A stretch of 64,000 bases of DNA, from NCBI GenBank assembly GCA_964423885.1, contig CAYRGD010000003.1:73270-137269 (forward strand), in the 5' to 3' direction. The notes beneath the pieces are model-generated. The model searched no databases, was not told where the DNA came from, and saw only the letters and a list, made by a program, of their open reading frames with translations. Source of the stretch: an uncultured Candidatus Saccharibacteria bacterium (GTDB lineage: Bacteria > Patescibacteriota > UBA1384 > JACPKC01). Positions 1 to 11,234 of the stretch are shown here, piece by piece. Every line of letters begins with the position of its first letter. Positions within the stretch are counted from its first letter, which is position 1. Both the position numbers and the translations under genes were made by a program.

Positions 1-5
1 ATAGG

Positions 6-539
6 CTACTTATACACGTTGCTGATGAGCGTCACGATCATGTAGGCCGCGATCACGATCACGAAGCCGATGCCGGTATTGAGCATCCCCGCCTTGGCCT
101 CGGCGACCCCGCTCTGGTTGCCCGCGTTGAACAGGAACTTGATCGCGTTCACGAAGAACATGACCATCATGACGAGGCCCGCCAGGCTGATAAGCAGTCG
201 CGGCACCCCGATCGACAAGATAGCTTCCAGTGTCGCGAAGTTGCCACCGAGGCGGCTTGTGATGTTGACCGGATCGACGGTGTTAATAGTACCCGTCGTA
301 CCGGTTGCGCCGCTGGTGTTATTTGCAGCCGAACCGGTTTGAACTGGTGATCCGTTCGCGTTGGTAATGGCTCCTGTCGCTTCCGTGCCTGTCGCGGTAG
401 TTCCCGTCGAAGAAAAATCGAACCCAGTTATTTCGTCGGCCTGGCTTACGAAGCTTCCGGTGACATAAGCGGTGAATCCTACGCCCAAGACGAACACGCT
501 CAGGGCGCCAGTAGCGATCCCGACGCGTTTCCAGTTCAT
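6..539 (-). CDS. CPR-type pilin (TrbC/VirB2-like, T4SS_pilin family) with Thr/Gly-rich N-terminal linker
   Basis: N-terminal signal. The C-terminal two-helix hydrophobic hairpin (LAGLVMMVMFFVNAIKFLFNAGN...AKAGMLNTGIGFVIVIAAYMIV) is typical of CPR pilins. Confidence 0.75.
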   Translation of the reverse strand: MNWKRVGIATGALSVFVLGVGFTAYVTGSFVSQADEITGFDFSSTGTTATGTEATGAITNANGSPVQTGSAANNTSGATGTTGTINTVDPVNITSRLGGNFATLEAILSIGVPRLLISLAGLVMMVMFFVNAIKFLFNAGNQSGVAEAKAGMLNTGIGFVIVIAAYMIVTLISNVYK

Positions 540-1942
540 TGCGACTGCTCGTGCTGGAGGATCGCCGATACCTGCTGGGCCGCGGCCTCGATCGCGATCT
601 GGGCCGGCTGCTGCCTGGTACCCACGCGCTGGATGAGATCGTTGAAGATCGTGTCGACCTTGTCCGGGCGCTTGCTCTTGTACCAGTCGTCCGCGGTCTG
701 CTGCTGGTAGGTGAACGGATTGCCGGCGTTCTTGCGTTCGGTCGTGGTCGGGGTTTCGAGCGCCGGCTTCGGCGTCGGTCGGCTGTCGGCCGAACGGTAC
801 ATATCCCCGCGTTGGATCGCCAGGTTCGCGAGTACCTGCCAGGCGAGTACGGGATCCTTGGCGTTCTTGGTGACCGTTTCGATGTAGTACGACGGGTAGT
901 CGACCGGCACATCGGTATCTCGGACCTGCGGGAACGGCATGACGCTGTACTGCATCGTCGGCGCCTGCTGCTTGAAGGTCAGCTCGTAGTACTGGTACCC
1001 GAAGATCATGGCGGCCTTGCCGCTCATGAAGGCTTGGACATCGTTCGGCATCGAGGCGTTCCAGGTGTAGTACGGCTGGCTCGGGTCGGCGAAACTCGTG
1101 AACCGCTGGAGCGCTTCGGTGCCGGGGAAGGTGGTGTTGCCGACCGCGTCTTTGACTCCCAAGTGGAAACTGGCGTTCGTGTGCTGGGCCGAGACCATCT
1201 CGGTGCGGTTCTGGAGCATCATGGCGTACACGATGTCGGCCGCCCGCGACACGTTGTTGGCCGTTCCGGCGGCGAGGCCGGCGACCCGGATCGTGTCGCC
1301 GTCGCGTTCGGTCAGGAGTTGGACCGCCCGCTGGAGTTTGTCGTAGGTGTTGAACGGATCCTGCAGGAAGATCGCGTCGGCGTCGCGGCCGTTACGGTTC
1401 AATTCCGCGATCTTGGCGCTGAAGAGCGCGGTGTTGCGGTAGACCACCAGCGTGTCGACCGAATACGGTAATCCGTAGACCTTGCCGTCGAGGAACACGT
1501 CCTTGTCGACGATCGGTGCGAAGAGCGTCTTCAGGCGTTCTTCGTCGTTGGCCTTGTTCTGGACGAAGGCGGCCAGCAGGTTGTCCTGCATCGGGATAAG
1601 CTTGTCCTTGTGCCGCGGCATCCAGTCGTTGCGGATCGACCAGATATCCGGCCCCTGTCCTGCGGCGAGCGCCTCGGACACGGTCAGCTCGTACTCGTCG
1701 GCCGGGATCTGCTTGTAGACGATCGTCACGTTCGGGTTGTCGAGCTGGAACTCGTTGATGATCGGCTTGAAGACTTCGTCGGAATCGAACGGACGCCAGA
1801 TCGTGATCGTTTTCGGCGCTGCGGTGCCGCCGCTGCCGTTCGTACCGCCGGTATTGCCGTTATTCCGCGAGCAGGCGGTCAACGCCAAACCGACCAGGCA
1901 CAAGATGCCGATCCGTACCGCCGTGCGTGCCCGTAGTCGCAT
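536..1942 (-). CDS. ABC-type extracellular solute-binding lipoprotein (sugar SBP family 1)
   Basis: Lipobox LTAC; GQGPDIW, VYGLPYSVDTL and FMSGKAAM motifs. SD AAGGAGG precedes the ATG at 1942. Confidence 0.85.
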   Translation of the reverse strand: MRLRARTAVRIGILCLVGLALTACSRNNGNTGGTNGSGGTAAPKTITIWRPFDSDEVFKPIINEFQLDNPNVTIVYKQIPADEYELTVSEALAAGQGPDIWSIRNDWMPRHKDKLIPMQDNLLAAFVQNKANDEERLKTLFAPIVDKDVFLDGKVYGLPYSVDTLVVYRNTALFSAKIAELNRNGRDADAIFLQDPFNTYDKLQRAVQLLTERDGDTIRVAGLAAGTANNVSRAADIVYAMMLQNRTEMVSAQHTNASFHLGVKDAVGNTTFPGTEALQRFTSFADPSQPYYTWNASMPNDVQAFMSGKAAMIFGYQYYELTFKQQAPTMQYSVMPFPQVRDTDVPVDYPSYYIETVTKNAKDPVLAWQVLANLAIQRGDMYRSADSRPTPKPALETPTTTERKNAGNPFTYQQQTADDWYKSKRPDKVDTIFNDLIQRVGTRQQPAQIAIEAAAQQVSAILQHEQSQ

Positions 1943-1976
1943 TGCCGCCCTCCTTGGTTGCCCCGAGTATACCATG

Positions 1977-2870
1977 CTAGCCGAGCGTGCCGCGCAGGAA
2001 CTCGCGGAAGGCCGGGCCGACGTCGTCGCGCGCAAGGGCGAACTCGACGACCGTTTTCAGGTACTCGAGCTTGTTGCCGGTGTCATAGTAGCGGCCGTTC
2101 TTGACCTCGGCCGCCAGTACGCGGTGGCCGTCGGCGAGCATGAGCTTCAGGGCGTCGTTGTAGTAGAGCTCGGCCGAGTCGCCGAGGCCCTCGAGCGCCT
2201 TGTCGAGATAGGTGAAGATCTCGGGCGTGAGCAGGAAACCCGAGACGGTCGCCAGATCGGACGGTGCGCCGGCCTTGCCCGGTTTTTCGACGAGCGTCTC
2301 GACGTCGACCAGGCCGGGCGCGATCTCGGCACCGCCCGCGAAGCCGTAGCGGGCGTAGTCGTCGTCGGACGCCGCGCGGATGCTCGCGAGCACCGAACAG
2401 CCGTGCTCGGCGTAGACGTCGACCAGCTGCCGGAAGCGCGACGGGCTGGCCACGATAAAGTCGTCGCTCCAGGTGTAGATGAACGGTTCGTCGCCGATAA
2501 GGTGGCGGACATTCAGGAGCGGCGTACCGTTGCCGTACGGCCCTTTCTGGCGCACGTAGGTAAAGTTGGCCATCGCGCTGATCGCCTCGATCTCGTCGAG
2601 CAGGTGCGCCTTCGATTCGCCGCCCATACGCAGATTCTCGACGAGCGACAGGTTGGGCGCGTCGAAGTGGTCTTCGATCGCGCGTTTCTGGTAGCCCGTC
2701 ACCAAAATGATTTCGGTGATGCCGGCCTCGACCAACTCTTCGACGACGTACTGGATAACCGGTTTATCCACAACCGGCAGCATCTCTTTCGGCAAGGCTT
2801 TCGTCGCGGGCAGGAACCGTGTCCCGAACCCGGCCGCTGGAATGACGGCTTTGCGGATCGTACGCGCCAT
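1977..2870 (-). CDS. galU: UTP--glucose-1-phosphate uridylyltransferase
   Basis: KAVIPAAGFGTRFLPATKALPKEMLP, VEKP and YDTG motifs. Confidence 0.92.
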   Translation of the reverse strand: MARTIRKAVIPAAGFGTRFLPATKALPKEMLPVVDKPVIQYVVEELVEAGITEIILVTGYQKRAIEDHFDAPNLSLVENLRMGGESKAHLLDEIEAISAMANFTYVRQKGPYGNGTPLLNVRHLIGDEPFIYTWSDDFIVASPSRFRQLVDVYAEHGCSVLASIRAASDDDYARYGFAGGAEIAPGLVDVETLVEKPGKAGAPSDLATVSGFLLTPEIFTYLDKALEGLGDSAELYYNDALKLMLADGHRVLAAEVKNGRYYDTGNKLEYLKTVVEFALARDDVGPAFREFLRGTLG

Positions 2871-2890
2871 GGCGCTCCTTCGTGTTTCGG

Positions 2891-3289
2891 TCAGCTACGG
2901 GTTTTGACCGTCAGCCGGCGGGATTTCGAGCGGCTCAACTTGGGGATCGTGATCGTGAGGATGCCGTTCGCCAGCTGCGCGTCCGCGTTGTCGGCGTCGA
3001 CCGCGGTCGGCAGGGCGTAGGTGCGGCTGAACGAGCCCCAGTAGCATTCCTGGATGAAGTAATGGTCGCGGTCGACCACGTCGTTGCCACGCCGTTCCCC
3101 TTTGATCGTGACGGCCTCGTCGGTGATCGCCACATCGAGATCCTCGGGATTCACGCCCGCGATCGGGGCCTTCAAGACGACCGTGTCGTCGGTCTGGTAC
3201 GCGTCGATCGCCAGCTGTCCGCCGGCGTCTTCTTCGAGCCAGTCGTGTTCCAGTACGTCCCGAGCCTGCTTGTCCGTCGCGGTCGCCAT
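2891..3289 (-). CDS. Hsp20/alpha-crystallin small heat-shock protein
   Basis: TIKGER...ECYWGSFSRT..LP and A.L.NGILTITIPK motifs. Confidence 0.92.
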   Translation of the reverse strand: MATATDKQARDVLEHDWLEEDAGGQLAIDAYQTDDTVVLKAPIAGVNPEDLDVAITDEAVTIKGERRGNDVVDRDHYFIQECYWGSFSRTYALPTAVDADNADAQLANGILTITIPKLSRSKSRRLTVKTRS

Positions 3290-3314
3290 GCGCCCTCCTT
3301 GCTTTCAGCCCATA

Positions 3315-4097
3315 CTACTTGCTTGGCGCCGCTGGGGCAACTGCGGCATGCGGCGGTTCGTAGGCCAGGGTACAGCCCCACACCGACGGCGCTCCGGCCA
3401 CGCGGAGTGCCTGGGCTGCGGCCGCGAGCGTCGCGCCGGTCGTGACCACGTCGTCGACAAGCACGACGGGTCCGGTGAGCGCCCGGCCATGCCACCGGAA
3501 CGCCCCGTCCATGTTGCGCCGCCGGTCAAGCTTGCTCAAGCCGACCTGCTGTTCGGTGGCCCGTGTCCGTCGCAAGCCGTCGCGGACAGGTGCGCCGAGT
3601 TGGCGGGACAGCTCGCGGGCAAGGTGGAGGGATTGGTTGTAGCCGCGCTCCCGTTCCCGCCGCCGGTCGAGCGCCAACGGGACGACCGCCTGCCAAGTCC
3701 GGCCGGCCAGGATATGCCAGCGTTCCTGCCACGCGTACCGGGCGAGCGGGGGCAACGCTGCCCAGAGGCCGCGGTACTTGGCGGCTTGGACGGCTGTCCG
3801 GATCGGCTCGGCGGTGTAGTCGGCGTAGCTCACGAGCCCGTCGAGGCGGGTGTCCGCCGTGTCAAAGGCGCAGAGTGCACCGGGCTCGCCGACCGCGCGG
3901 CCGCAGCGTTGGCAGTACCCCATTGGTACGGCAAGGACGCTGGCGGTACGGCAGGCGCCGCAGAACCAGTCCCCTGCGCTGCCGCAGCCCAGGCAGCGTA
4001 CCGGGAACAGTAGCGACAGCAGTTCGTCCCGCGCGACCTCGGCGAGCGGCCTCATCGCGAGCGGGACAGCCTGCTTGACAGCCGACGGTCGATCCAC
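3315..4097 (-). CDS. comF: ComF family competence protein (zinc ribbon plus PRTase domain)
   Basis: [19 protein letters not shown] and [11 protein letters not shown] motifs. Confidence 0.9.
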   Translation of the reverse strand: MDRPSAVKQAVPLAMRPLAEVARDELLSLLFPVRCLGCGSAGDWFCGACRTASVLAVPMGYCQRCGRAVGEPGALCAFDTADTRLDGLVSYADYTAEPIRTAVQAAKYRGLWAALPPLARYAWQERWHILAGRTWQAVVPLALDRRRERERGYNQSLHLARELSRQLGAPVRDGLRRTRATEQQVGLSKLDRRRNMDGAFRWHGRALTGPVVLVDDVVTTGATLAAAAQALRVAGAPSVWGCTLAYEPPHAAVAPAAPSK

Positions 4098-4144
4098 GAG
4101 TACTATTGTATACTTCGTATCGACGTGAGCGAACGAGGGAGACT

Positions 4145-5185
4145 ATGCGCTATCTTGTCACCGGCGTCGCCGGGTTCATCGGATCGTTCGTCGCCGAATC
4201 CTTGCTCAGCCGGGGCGACCAGGTGGTCGGCCTCGACAACGTGAACGACTACTACGACGTCCGGCTGAAGCGCGACCGGCTCGGCCGCTTGCTTGCGCAC
4301 AAGACGTTCGAGTTCCGCGAGCTCGATATCGCCGACCGCCCGGCGATGGCGGCACTCTTCGCCGAGGAGCCGTTCGACGCCGTGATCCACCTTGCCGCCC
4401 AAGCCGGCGTCCGCTACTCGATCGAACGCCCGGACGCGTATATCGACAGCAATTTGGTCGGGTTCGGCACTATCCTTGAAGGCTGCCGCCATGGCAAGGT
4501 CAAGCACTTGGTGTACGCCTCATCGAGTTCGGTCTACGGCGCCAACACCAAGTTGCCGTTTTCGGAACACGATCCGGTCAACCATCCGCTCTCGCTCTAC
4601 GCGGCGACGAAGAAGGCGAACGAGCTCATGGCGCACTCGTACTCGCACCTCTACGGCCTGCCCACGACCGGGTTGCGGTTCTTCACGGTCTACGGGCCGT
4701 GGGGGCGGCCGGACATGGCCTTGTTCCTGTTCACGAAACGGATCCTGGCTGGCGAGCCGATCCAGGTGTTCAACGAAGGCAAGATGGTGAGAGATTTCAC
4801 GTTCGTGGACGATATAGTAGAAGGGATCATTCGGGTCGCTGATCGGCCGGCCGAAGGCGCTGGCCACTGGGACGGTGCTGCGCCGGATCCGGCCACAAGT
4901 AGCGCACCCTTCCGGGTGTTCAATATTGGGAACAGCACGCCGGTTGAACTCATGCGCTACATCCGAGCACTCGAGTCGTCGTTGGGTGTCGAGGCGAAAC
5001 TCGAACTCCTGCCGATGCAGCCCGGCGATGTCCCCGCGACTGCTGCCGACGTGAGCGAACTCGCCGCCTGGACCGGCTTCATTCCTACGACGTCGGTCGA
5101 GGACGGTATCGCGCGGTTCGTGTCGTGGTACACGCCGTACTTCGAGGCGCGGGCAGCCGAAGAGCGGCAAGCGGTATCGGCATGA
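4145..5185 (+). CDS. NAD-dependent epimerase (UDP-glucuronate 4-epimerase-like)
   Basis: [29 protein letters not shown] and [16 protein letters not shown] motifs. Confidence 0.92.
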   Translation: MRYLVTGVAGFIGSFVAESLLSRGDQVVGLDNVNDYYDVRLKRDRLGRLLAHKTFEFRELDIADRPAMAALFAEEPFDAVIHLAAQAGVRYSIERPDAYIDSNLVGFGTILEGCRHGKVKHLVYASSSSVYGANTKLPFSEHDPVNHPLSLYAATKKANELMAHSYSHLYGLPTTGLRFFTVYGPWGRPDMALFLFTKRILAGEPIQVFNEGKMVRDFTFVDDIVEGIIRVADRPAEGAGHWDGAAPDPATSSAPFRVFNIGNSTPVELMRYIRALESSLGVEAKLELLPMQPGDVPATAADVSELAAWTGFIPTTSVEDGIARFVSWYTPYFEARAAEERQAVSA

Positions 5186-6513
5186 CGCCGACCGCAAGCG
5201 CGCCAGTACGGGAAACGGAACAGGCGACGGCTGTCGCCCGGATCGCGGTCGTCGGATTGGGCTACGTCGGCTTGCCGTTGGCAGTCCGGTTCGCCCAGGC
5301 CGGGTTGCCTGTGGTCGGGTTCGATGTCAACGCGACCCGGATCGGCGCGCTCAAAGGCGGCGTCGACGCGACGAACGAGGTCGATGCCGCCGCGCTCGCG
5401 CAGCCGACGCTCACCTACTCAGACGATCCGTCGGTACTCCGTGACGCCGATTTCATCATCATCGCCGTGCCGACGCCGGTCACCGCCGCGAAGCAGCCCG
5501 ACCTCGAGCCGGTCCGCAGCGCTGCCCGCGTCGTCGGCAAGTACCTGTCGAAGGGCACGGTCGTCGTCTTGGAATCGACCGTGTACCCCGGTGTCACCGA
5601 AGACGTACTCGCGCCGATCCTGGCCGAGGAATCGGGGCTTGCGCTTGGTGCCGGCTTTTCGGTCGGTTACTCGCCCGAGCGGGCCAATCCCGGCGATACC
5701 GAGCACACCGTCGACAAGATCGTGAAGATCGTGTCCGGCATGGACGAGGCTACCCTCGACCGTGTCGACGCCGTGTACCGGTCTGTCTGCCTGGCCGGCA
5801 CCCACCGGGCGCCGAGTATCAAGACGGCGGAAGCCGCCAAGGTGATCGAGAACATCCAGCGCGACATCAACATCGCGCTCATGAACGAGCTGTCGGTCAT
5901 CTTCGGGAAACTTGGTCTCAATACCCAGGATGTCCTCGCTGCCGCTGGCACGAAGTGGAACTTCCACAAGTATGGCCCGGGGCTGGTGGGCGGCCACTGT
6001 ATTCCTGTCGACCCGTACTACCTGACCTATCTCTCTGAGACGATCGGCTACCATCCCGAAGTGATCCTAGCTGGCCGGCGGATCAACGACGCGATGGCCG
6101 GCACGGTCGCCGACCGGTGTATCCAGGCGCTCATCCAAACGGGACGCCCGGTCAAGGGTGCCCGGATCCTGGTTGCTGGCCTGACGTTCAAAGAAAACGT
6201 CAACGACACCCGGAACTCGAAAGTGGCCGACTTGATCGCGCGCCTCGAAACGTACGGCGTGACGGTGCTGCTCCATGACCCGCTCCTGTCGGACGACGAG
6301 ATCAAGCGTCGGTTCCATGGCGAGATCGTGCCCTCGGTTGCCGCCGCAGGCCCGATCGAAGCGCTTATCCTGGCCGTGCCGCACCAGGCGATCGTCACAC
6401 AATCCCTCCCGTCGCTCTTGAAGCAGGTGCAGCGGCCCGGCGTCTTCATCGATCTGCGCGGCATGTATCGCGGGGGCGCGATACCGGATGATATCGCCTA
6501 TCTGACACTGTAG
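5182..6513 (+). CDS. UDP-N-acetylhexosamine dehydrogenase (WbpO/TviB-like)
   Basis: [30 protein letters not shown] and GGHCI.VDPYYL motifs; ATGA overlap with the upstream gene. Confidence 0.9.
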   Translation: MTPTASAPVRETEQATAVARIAVVGLGYVGLPLAVRFAQAGLPVVGFDVNATRIGALKGGVDATNEVDAAALAQPTLTYSDDPSVLRDADFIIIAVPTPVTAAKQPDLEPVRSAARVVGKYLSKGTVVVLESTVYPGVTEDVLAPILAEESGLALGAGFSVGYSPERANPGDTEHTVDKIVKIVSGMDEATLDRVDAVYRSVCLAGTHRAPSIKTAEAAKVIENIQRDINIALMNELSVIFGKLGLNTQDVLAAAGTKWNFHKYGPGLVGGHCIPVDPYYLTYLSETIGYHPEVILAGRRINDAMAGTVADRCIQALIQTGRPVKGARILVAGLTFKENVNDTRNSKVADLIARLETYGVTVLLHDPLLSDDEIKRRFHGEIVPSVAAAGPIEALILAVPHQAIVTQSLPSLLKQVQRPGVFIDLRGMYRGGAIPDDIAYLTL

Positions 6514-6518
6514 GCCGC

Positions 6519-8591
6519 ATGGCGTCCGGAGCTATCCGCCGCTCATTGGCACGGTTCATTGTATTAAACGGCGTGATGCTCTGCGCGTTCGGGGTCTCTC
6601 GACTCTTGCCGTTCACGGCCCCGGTGTTGGGAGTGCCGCTTGTACTATTTCCCGGCTTCCTACTGGCGCTGTTCCTCGAGCAACTCACCGGCCGACGCGA
6701 ATCGCCGGCTGCGCTAGGACTCTGGTCGGTCGTGTTCGGGGTCAGCGTCGTGCCGGCCGGCGTCTACGCGGCCGAAACGTTCTTAGCTGTTACGCCGATG
6801 GTCGCGTTCGCTATGGCGTGGGCGGTCTCAGCCGGGTTGGCGGTTGCCGCGCTCGCGTGGTACAAGCTCGTGCCTGGGTACGAAGCTGCCGCATGGTCGT
6901 CTTGGCGCGGGTTCGTTGGGCCATGCGCGTTGGCGCTTGCCCTTGTGGCCGTCAATCTCCTGCTGTACCGGTTTATTCCTGAGGCCGACGGGTACTCGTA
7001 CCTCATATCGCTCCGCGCCATGGCGCAGGACCCGGTCGCGGTCGCCCGCGACACGCGGCCGGTGTTCCTGGCCGCGATGCAGCTGTGGTCGGCCATGCTC
7101 CGGCTCGATCCGTACTGGCTGTTCAAAGCGGTCATGCCGTTGTTCGGTGCGGCTGTCACCGCCGCCGCGGTGTGGTCGGTGGCTGCGCGGTCGGGCCTGA
7201 CGCGTCGCGCGGCGTTGCTCGCGGTCCTGCTGCCGTTTTCATTGCCCGTCTTTTTGCAGGAGTTGCTCATTACCCGGCCGCAGACCCTGGTGATTCTGGC
7301 GTTGCTGCCAGCGCTGTACCTGCTTGGCCGATCGGACCGCGAGCCGCGCGTACCCGACGCCTATCAGGGATTAGCCCTCATGGTCGCGGGGATCGCGGGA
7401 TTACGGATCCATACGCTGTCCGCGGTGCTGGTCGTCCTGGGCACGATCGGTACGGTGCGATCGCTCTGGCCATTGATCCGCCGCCGTCCGTTCGATGCTG
7501 CGTGCGCCACGGCGGGACTCTGCCTGGTGGCGCTGGGTTCCCCCTGGTTCTCCCGGATTGCCGCCGATGCCGGGCATGTCCTGTCCCAGCTCGGCCACAC
7601 GTTCGCTGCTGCCCGGTTCGATCCCTGGTTCATCGACCGGTACACGAACGTCGATGGCAATGAAGTCGGATGGCCGGGATGGAGCGCAGCCCTCTATTAC
7701 GGCTACAATCTCGGATTACTCCTGCCGGCCCTGCTCGCATACCGCATCTGGTCCCGCCGTACGGCGCAATCCCGCGCACCGGTATGGCCGGCTGCCGTCC
7801 TTGCAGGCGGATTCCTGTGCGTCGCCGAGGTATTACCCCGCTTCGGGTACGCGTACTTGCCGGATCGGGCCTGGCTGTTCGTCGGCGTCGCCGTCGCCGT
7901 CCTGGCGCCGTCCTGGCTGGCAGCGATCGATTCGTCGGTGTCCCGCCCGCTGTGGCGGATCGCAGGCGTTCTTGCGGTGGCCTCGCTCGTGGCCGCCTCA
8001 GGTGTCACGTATGCTAAGCAGGGATGGGTGAGCGACGCGGAATACCGCGCAGTGCCGTTCCTACGCGATACCCCGTCGGACGCCCAGTTTGTCGGGCAGG
8101 GCAGCGCCAGGATCGCGGTGCGGTATTTTGCCGACCGAACCTTTCTTGGTCTGCCATCGAACGTATGGACAAGCGATGATCCGAATGCGGTTGCGGCGTA
8201 CCTCGACCAGTCCGCAGCGGACGAGCAATCTGTTGCCGCCGAGCAGGTGCGACGCCGTGCAGAAGCCGCCGCTACCGTCGCGGCGCTCTTCGACCGATAC
8301 GCGGCGGCTCCGCTGCCCGATACCCGCGCGGCCGTGTTGCGGGACGCGCAGCGCCTTCTCGAGGCGGCAGCTTCGAGTGAAGCCGCCGATGTCCGGTACG
8401 AGGCTTCGGACCGATACGATCCGGCCGCTCCGGTCTATCTGCTTTATGACACGGGTAAGTTCCGGTCGCTCTATGGCCAGCGTGCTTGGTGGCGGGCCAG
8501 CAACGGCTATGGGGCTGACTTGGCGGCGTTCGATGCCCGGTACCAGATCGTCTATCGGCAGGACGGTTTGACCGTCTGGAAGGTGCGCTGA
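6519..8591 (+). CDS. Multi-pass membrane protein in polysaccharide locus (possible GT-C fold or polymerase)
   Basis: 690 aa with many hydrophobic segments, an acidic PEADGY motif in an early loop and a soluble C-terminal domain. Confidence 0.6.
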   Translation: MASGAIRRSLARFIVLNGVMLCAFGVSRLLPFTAPVLGVPLVLFPGFLLALFLEQLTGRRESPAALGLWSVVFGVSVVPAGVYAAETFLAVTPMVAFAMAWAVSAGLAVAALAWYKLVPGYEAAAWSSWRGFVGPCALALALVAVNLLLYRFIPEADGYSYLISLRAMAQDPVAVARDTRPVFLAAMQLWSAMLRLDPYWLFKAVMPLFGAAVTAAAVWSVAARSGLTRRAALLAVLLPFSLPVFLQELLITRPQTLVILALLPALYLLGRSDREPRVPDAYQGLALMVAGIAGLRIHTLSAVLVVLGTIGTVRSLWPLIRRRPFDAACATAGLCLVALGSPWFSRIAADAGHVLSQLGHTFAAARFDPWFIDRYTNVDGNEVGWPGWSAALYYGYNLGLLLPALLAYRIWSRRTAQSRAPVWPAAVLAGGFLCVAEVLPRFGYAYLPDRAWLFVGVAVAVLAPSWLAAIDSSVSRPLWRIAGVLAVASLVAASGVTYAKQGWVSDAEYRAVPFLRDTPSDAQFVGQGSARIAVRYFADRTFLGLPSNVWTSDDPNAVAAYLDQSAADEQSVAAEQVRRRAEAAATVAALFDRYAAAPLPDTRAAVLRDAQRLLEAAASSEAADVRYEASDRYDPAAPVYLLYDTGKFRSLYGQRAWWRASNGYGADLAAFDARYQIVYRQDGLTVWKVR

Positions 8592-10480
8592 TGTGCGGGA
8601 TCGCGGGCAAGTGGTTGGCCGGGGGGCGGTCGGTCGCGACAAGCGACCTCGAACGGATGGGAACGGCGATCGCGCACCGCGGCCCCGATGACGCGGGCAG
8701 CTACCGTGCGCCCGACTGCTCGCTCGGGCTGGCGTTCCGGCGGCTCGCGATCGTCGACCTGTCGGAGCGCGGCCACCAGCCGATGCGCTACCGTGACCGG
8801 TTCACGATCGTGTTCAACGGGGAGATCTACAATTACCGCGAGGAACGCACGCGGCTCGAACGGCTCGGCCACCGTTTCGTCTCCGATACCGATACCGAGG
8901 TGATTCTGGCGCTCTACGCCGAGCACGGGCCAGCGTGCTTGCGGTATCTGCGCGGAATGTTCGCGTTCGCGATCTACGACGAACGGGAGCGGATCCTGTT
9001 CTGCGCCCGCGACCGGGTCGGGAAAAAGCCGTTCAAGTACTACTACGAGCGCGGCGTCTTCCTGTTCGCCTCGGAGTTGAAGGCGATCCTGACCCAGTCC
9101 GAGGTCGCGCGCGAGCCCGACGAGGCGGCGATCCACGATTACCTGACGTACCAGTACGTACCGGCACCGCAGACCGGTTTCGTCGGTATCAAAAAGCTGA
9201 AGCCGGGCCATTCGCTGACGCTCGATTGCCGTCGGGGCACGATCCACATCGACCGCTACTGGCAACTCGATTACACGAAGAAACTACGCTTGCCGGAGCT
9301 TGAATGGCAGGAGCGGATCCTTCGTACGCTCGACGAGGCGGTCAAGATCCGGATGGAGGCCGACGTGCCGCTCGGCGCGTTCCTGTCCGGAGGCATCGAC
9401 TCGAGCGCGGTCGTAGGGCTCATGAGCCGCCATGCGGCTCGGCCGGTCAAGACGTTTTCGATCGGCTTCGCCGAAGCCAAGTTCAACGAGCTTGCCTATG
9501 CCAGGCAGATTGCCGAACGCTTCGCGACCGACCATACGGAATTCGTGGTTCGGCCTGAAGCGATCGAAACGCTGCCCCTGCTGGTGCGCCACTACGAAGA
9601 GCCGTACGCCGACTCGAGCGCCCTACCTACCTACTACGTGAGCAAGCTGACCCGCGAGCATGTGACGGTCGCCTTGAACGGGGACGGCGGCGACGAAAAT
9701 TTCGCCGGCTACTCGCGCTACAGCGTCCAGCAGTTCTCGCTGCTGTACGATCGGTTCCGGCTCTTGAATAGCAGTCTGGCCGTACCGGCCGCGCGGCTGC
9801 TCTACCGTCGCATGCAGACCACGTTCGCCGAGCGGGCGCAGCGGTTCGCCGAGACGATGGCCAAGGATTATGCCCGGCGGTATGCCAATTACGTCTGCTA
9901 CTTCACGAACGAGGCGAAAGACGAGCTCTATACGCACGCCTTCAAGGAGCGGCTCCAGGCGGCCAACAGCGAAGATCTCATGGCCGACTTGTTCGTCGAG
10001 TCGGGAGCGCCCGACCGTATGGACCAGATGCTGTACGCCGATATCGCTGGCTACCTGCCCGACGACCTGCTTGCCAAGGTGGATATCGCGAGCATGGCCG
10101 TCTCGCTCGAAGGCCGGTCGCCGTTCCTCGACCACACGCTGCTCGAGCTGACCGCCCAGATTCCCTTCGACTTGAAGCTGCGGCCGTGGGACAAGAAGAA
10201 ATATATCTTGAAGCAAGCGCTTCGCGGCCTTGTGCCCGACGAGATCCTGTTCCGTCCGAAAATGGGCTTCGGCATTCCGGTCGAGGCATGGTTCCGCGGG
10301 GATCTGGCCGGCTACGTGGAATCCGTATTGCTGTCGCCCCGTGCGACCGCCCGGGGGTTGTTCAACGAGGCGGCGGTCAGGCGGTTGTTGCGCGCCCATC
10401 GCGAGACCAAGGTCAACTTCGGCCACCGCATCTGGGCGTTGCTCACACTCGAACTCTGGTTCCGCGAATACCTTGATTGA
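8591..10480 (+). CDS. asnB: Asparagine synthase (glutamine-hydrolysing) family amidotransferase
   Basis: MCGIAG N-terminus; HRGPD, FNGEIYN, LSGGIDSS and GDGGDE motifs. Confidence 0.93.
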   Translation: MCGIAGKWLAGGRSVATSDLERMGTAIAHRGPDDAGSYRAPDCSLGLAFRRLAIVDLSERGHQPMRYRDRFTIVFNGEIYNYREERTRLERLGHRFVSDTDTEVILALYAEHGPACLRYLRGMFAFAIYDERERILFCARDRVGKKPFKYYYERGVFLFASELKAILTQSEVAREPDEAAIHDYLTYQYVPAPQTGFVGIKKLKPGHSLTLDCRRGTIHIDRYWQLDYTKKLRLPELEWQERILRTLDEAVKIRMEADVPLGAFLSGGIDSSAVVGLMSRHAARPVKTFSIGFAEAKFNELAYARQIAERFATDHTEFVVRPEAIETLPLLVRHYEEPYADSSALPTYYVSKLTREHVTVALNGDGGDENFAGYSRYSVQQFSLLYDRFRLLNSSLAVPAARLLYRRMQTTFAERAQRFAETMAKDYARRYANYVCYFTNEAKDELYTHAFKERLQAANSEDLMADLFVESGAPDRMDQMLYADIAGYLPDDLLAKVDIASMAVSLEGRSPFLDHTLLELTAQIPFDLKLRPWDKKKYILKQALRGLVPDEILFRPKMGFGIPVEAWFRGDLAGYVESVLLSPRATARGLFNEAAVRRLLRAHRETKVNFGHRIWALLTLELWFREYLD

Positions 10481-10489
10481 TCGGCTGGC

Positions 10490-11164
10490 TCACTTGCCCT
10501 GGCGCCGGTCGCGGGTGCGGTACCACTCGATCGCCTGGTCGAGCTCCGCTTCGTTGAAATCCGGCCATAAAACGGGGGTGAAGTACAGTTCGCTGTAGGT
10601 CGATTGCCACGTCAGGAAGTTCGATAAACGTTGTTCGCCGCTTGTGCGGATAATGAGATCGGGGTCGGGGAGACCGGCGGAATCGAGATGATCAGCAATT
10701 GCCTGTTCGGTTACCGCTGCTCCGGCGTCCGTGATCCTATGGACGGCGCGAACGATCTCGTCACGGCCGCCATACGACAGGCATAACGTGAGCACGAGGC
10801 GTCGATTATCCTTCGTGACGGCGCGCAGCTCGCTAAGCGCCGCCTGAAGCGAATCGGGCAGCCGCGAAAGATCGCCCATTGTCCGAACCTGGACGCCTTG
10901 CTGGTAGAGTTCCGTCCGCTTGTCCCGCGCGTACCGCTCGAACAGTTGCATCAGGTGGCCGACCTCTTGGGTCCGCTGCCAGTTTTCGAGCGAAAAACCG
11001 TAGACCGTCAGGCAGGCGACGCCCCGACTGATCGCATGTTCGATGACGCGTGTCAGGTTATCCATGCCCTGGGTGTGGCCGAGCGCGATATCGAGCGCAT
11101 GAGCGCGTGCCCAGCGCCGGTTGCCGTCAAGGATAATGCCGATGTGCCTTGGAATGTCGCCCAC
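10490..11164 (-). CDS. uppS: Polyprenyl (undecaprenyl) diphosphate synthase
   Basis: HIGIILDGNRRWA, FSLENW, YGGRDEI and IRTSGEQRLSNF motifs. Confidence 0.93.
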   Translation of the reverse strand: MGDIPRHIGIILDGNRRWARAHALDIALGHTQGMDNLTRVIEHAISRGVACLTVYGFSLENWQRTQEVGHLMQLFERYARDKRTELYQQGVQVRTMGDLSRLPDSLQAALSELRAVTKDNRRLVLTLCLSYGGRDEIVRAVHRITDAGAAVTEQAIADHLDSAGLPDPDLIIRTSGEQRLSNFLTWQSTYSELYFTPVLWPDFNEAELDQAIEWYRTRDRRQGK

Positions 11165-11234
11165 AGTACTCCTGACACCCTCGCAACGATCAAGTCTACC
11201 CTATGTTCCCAAGAAAGTCTGCTAGAATCCGGCC

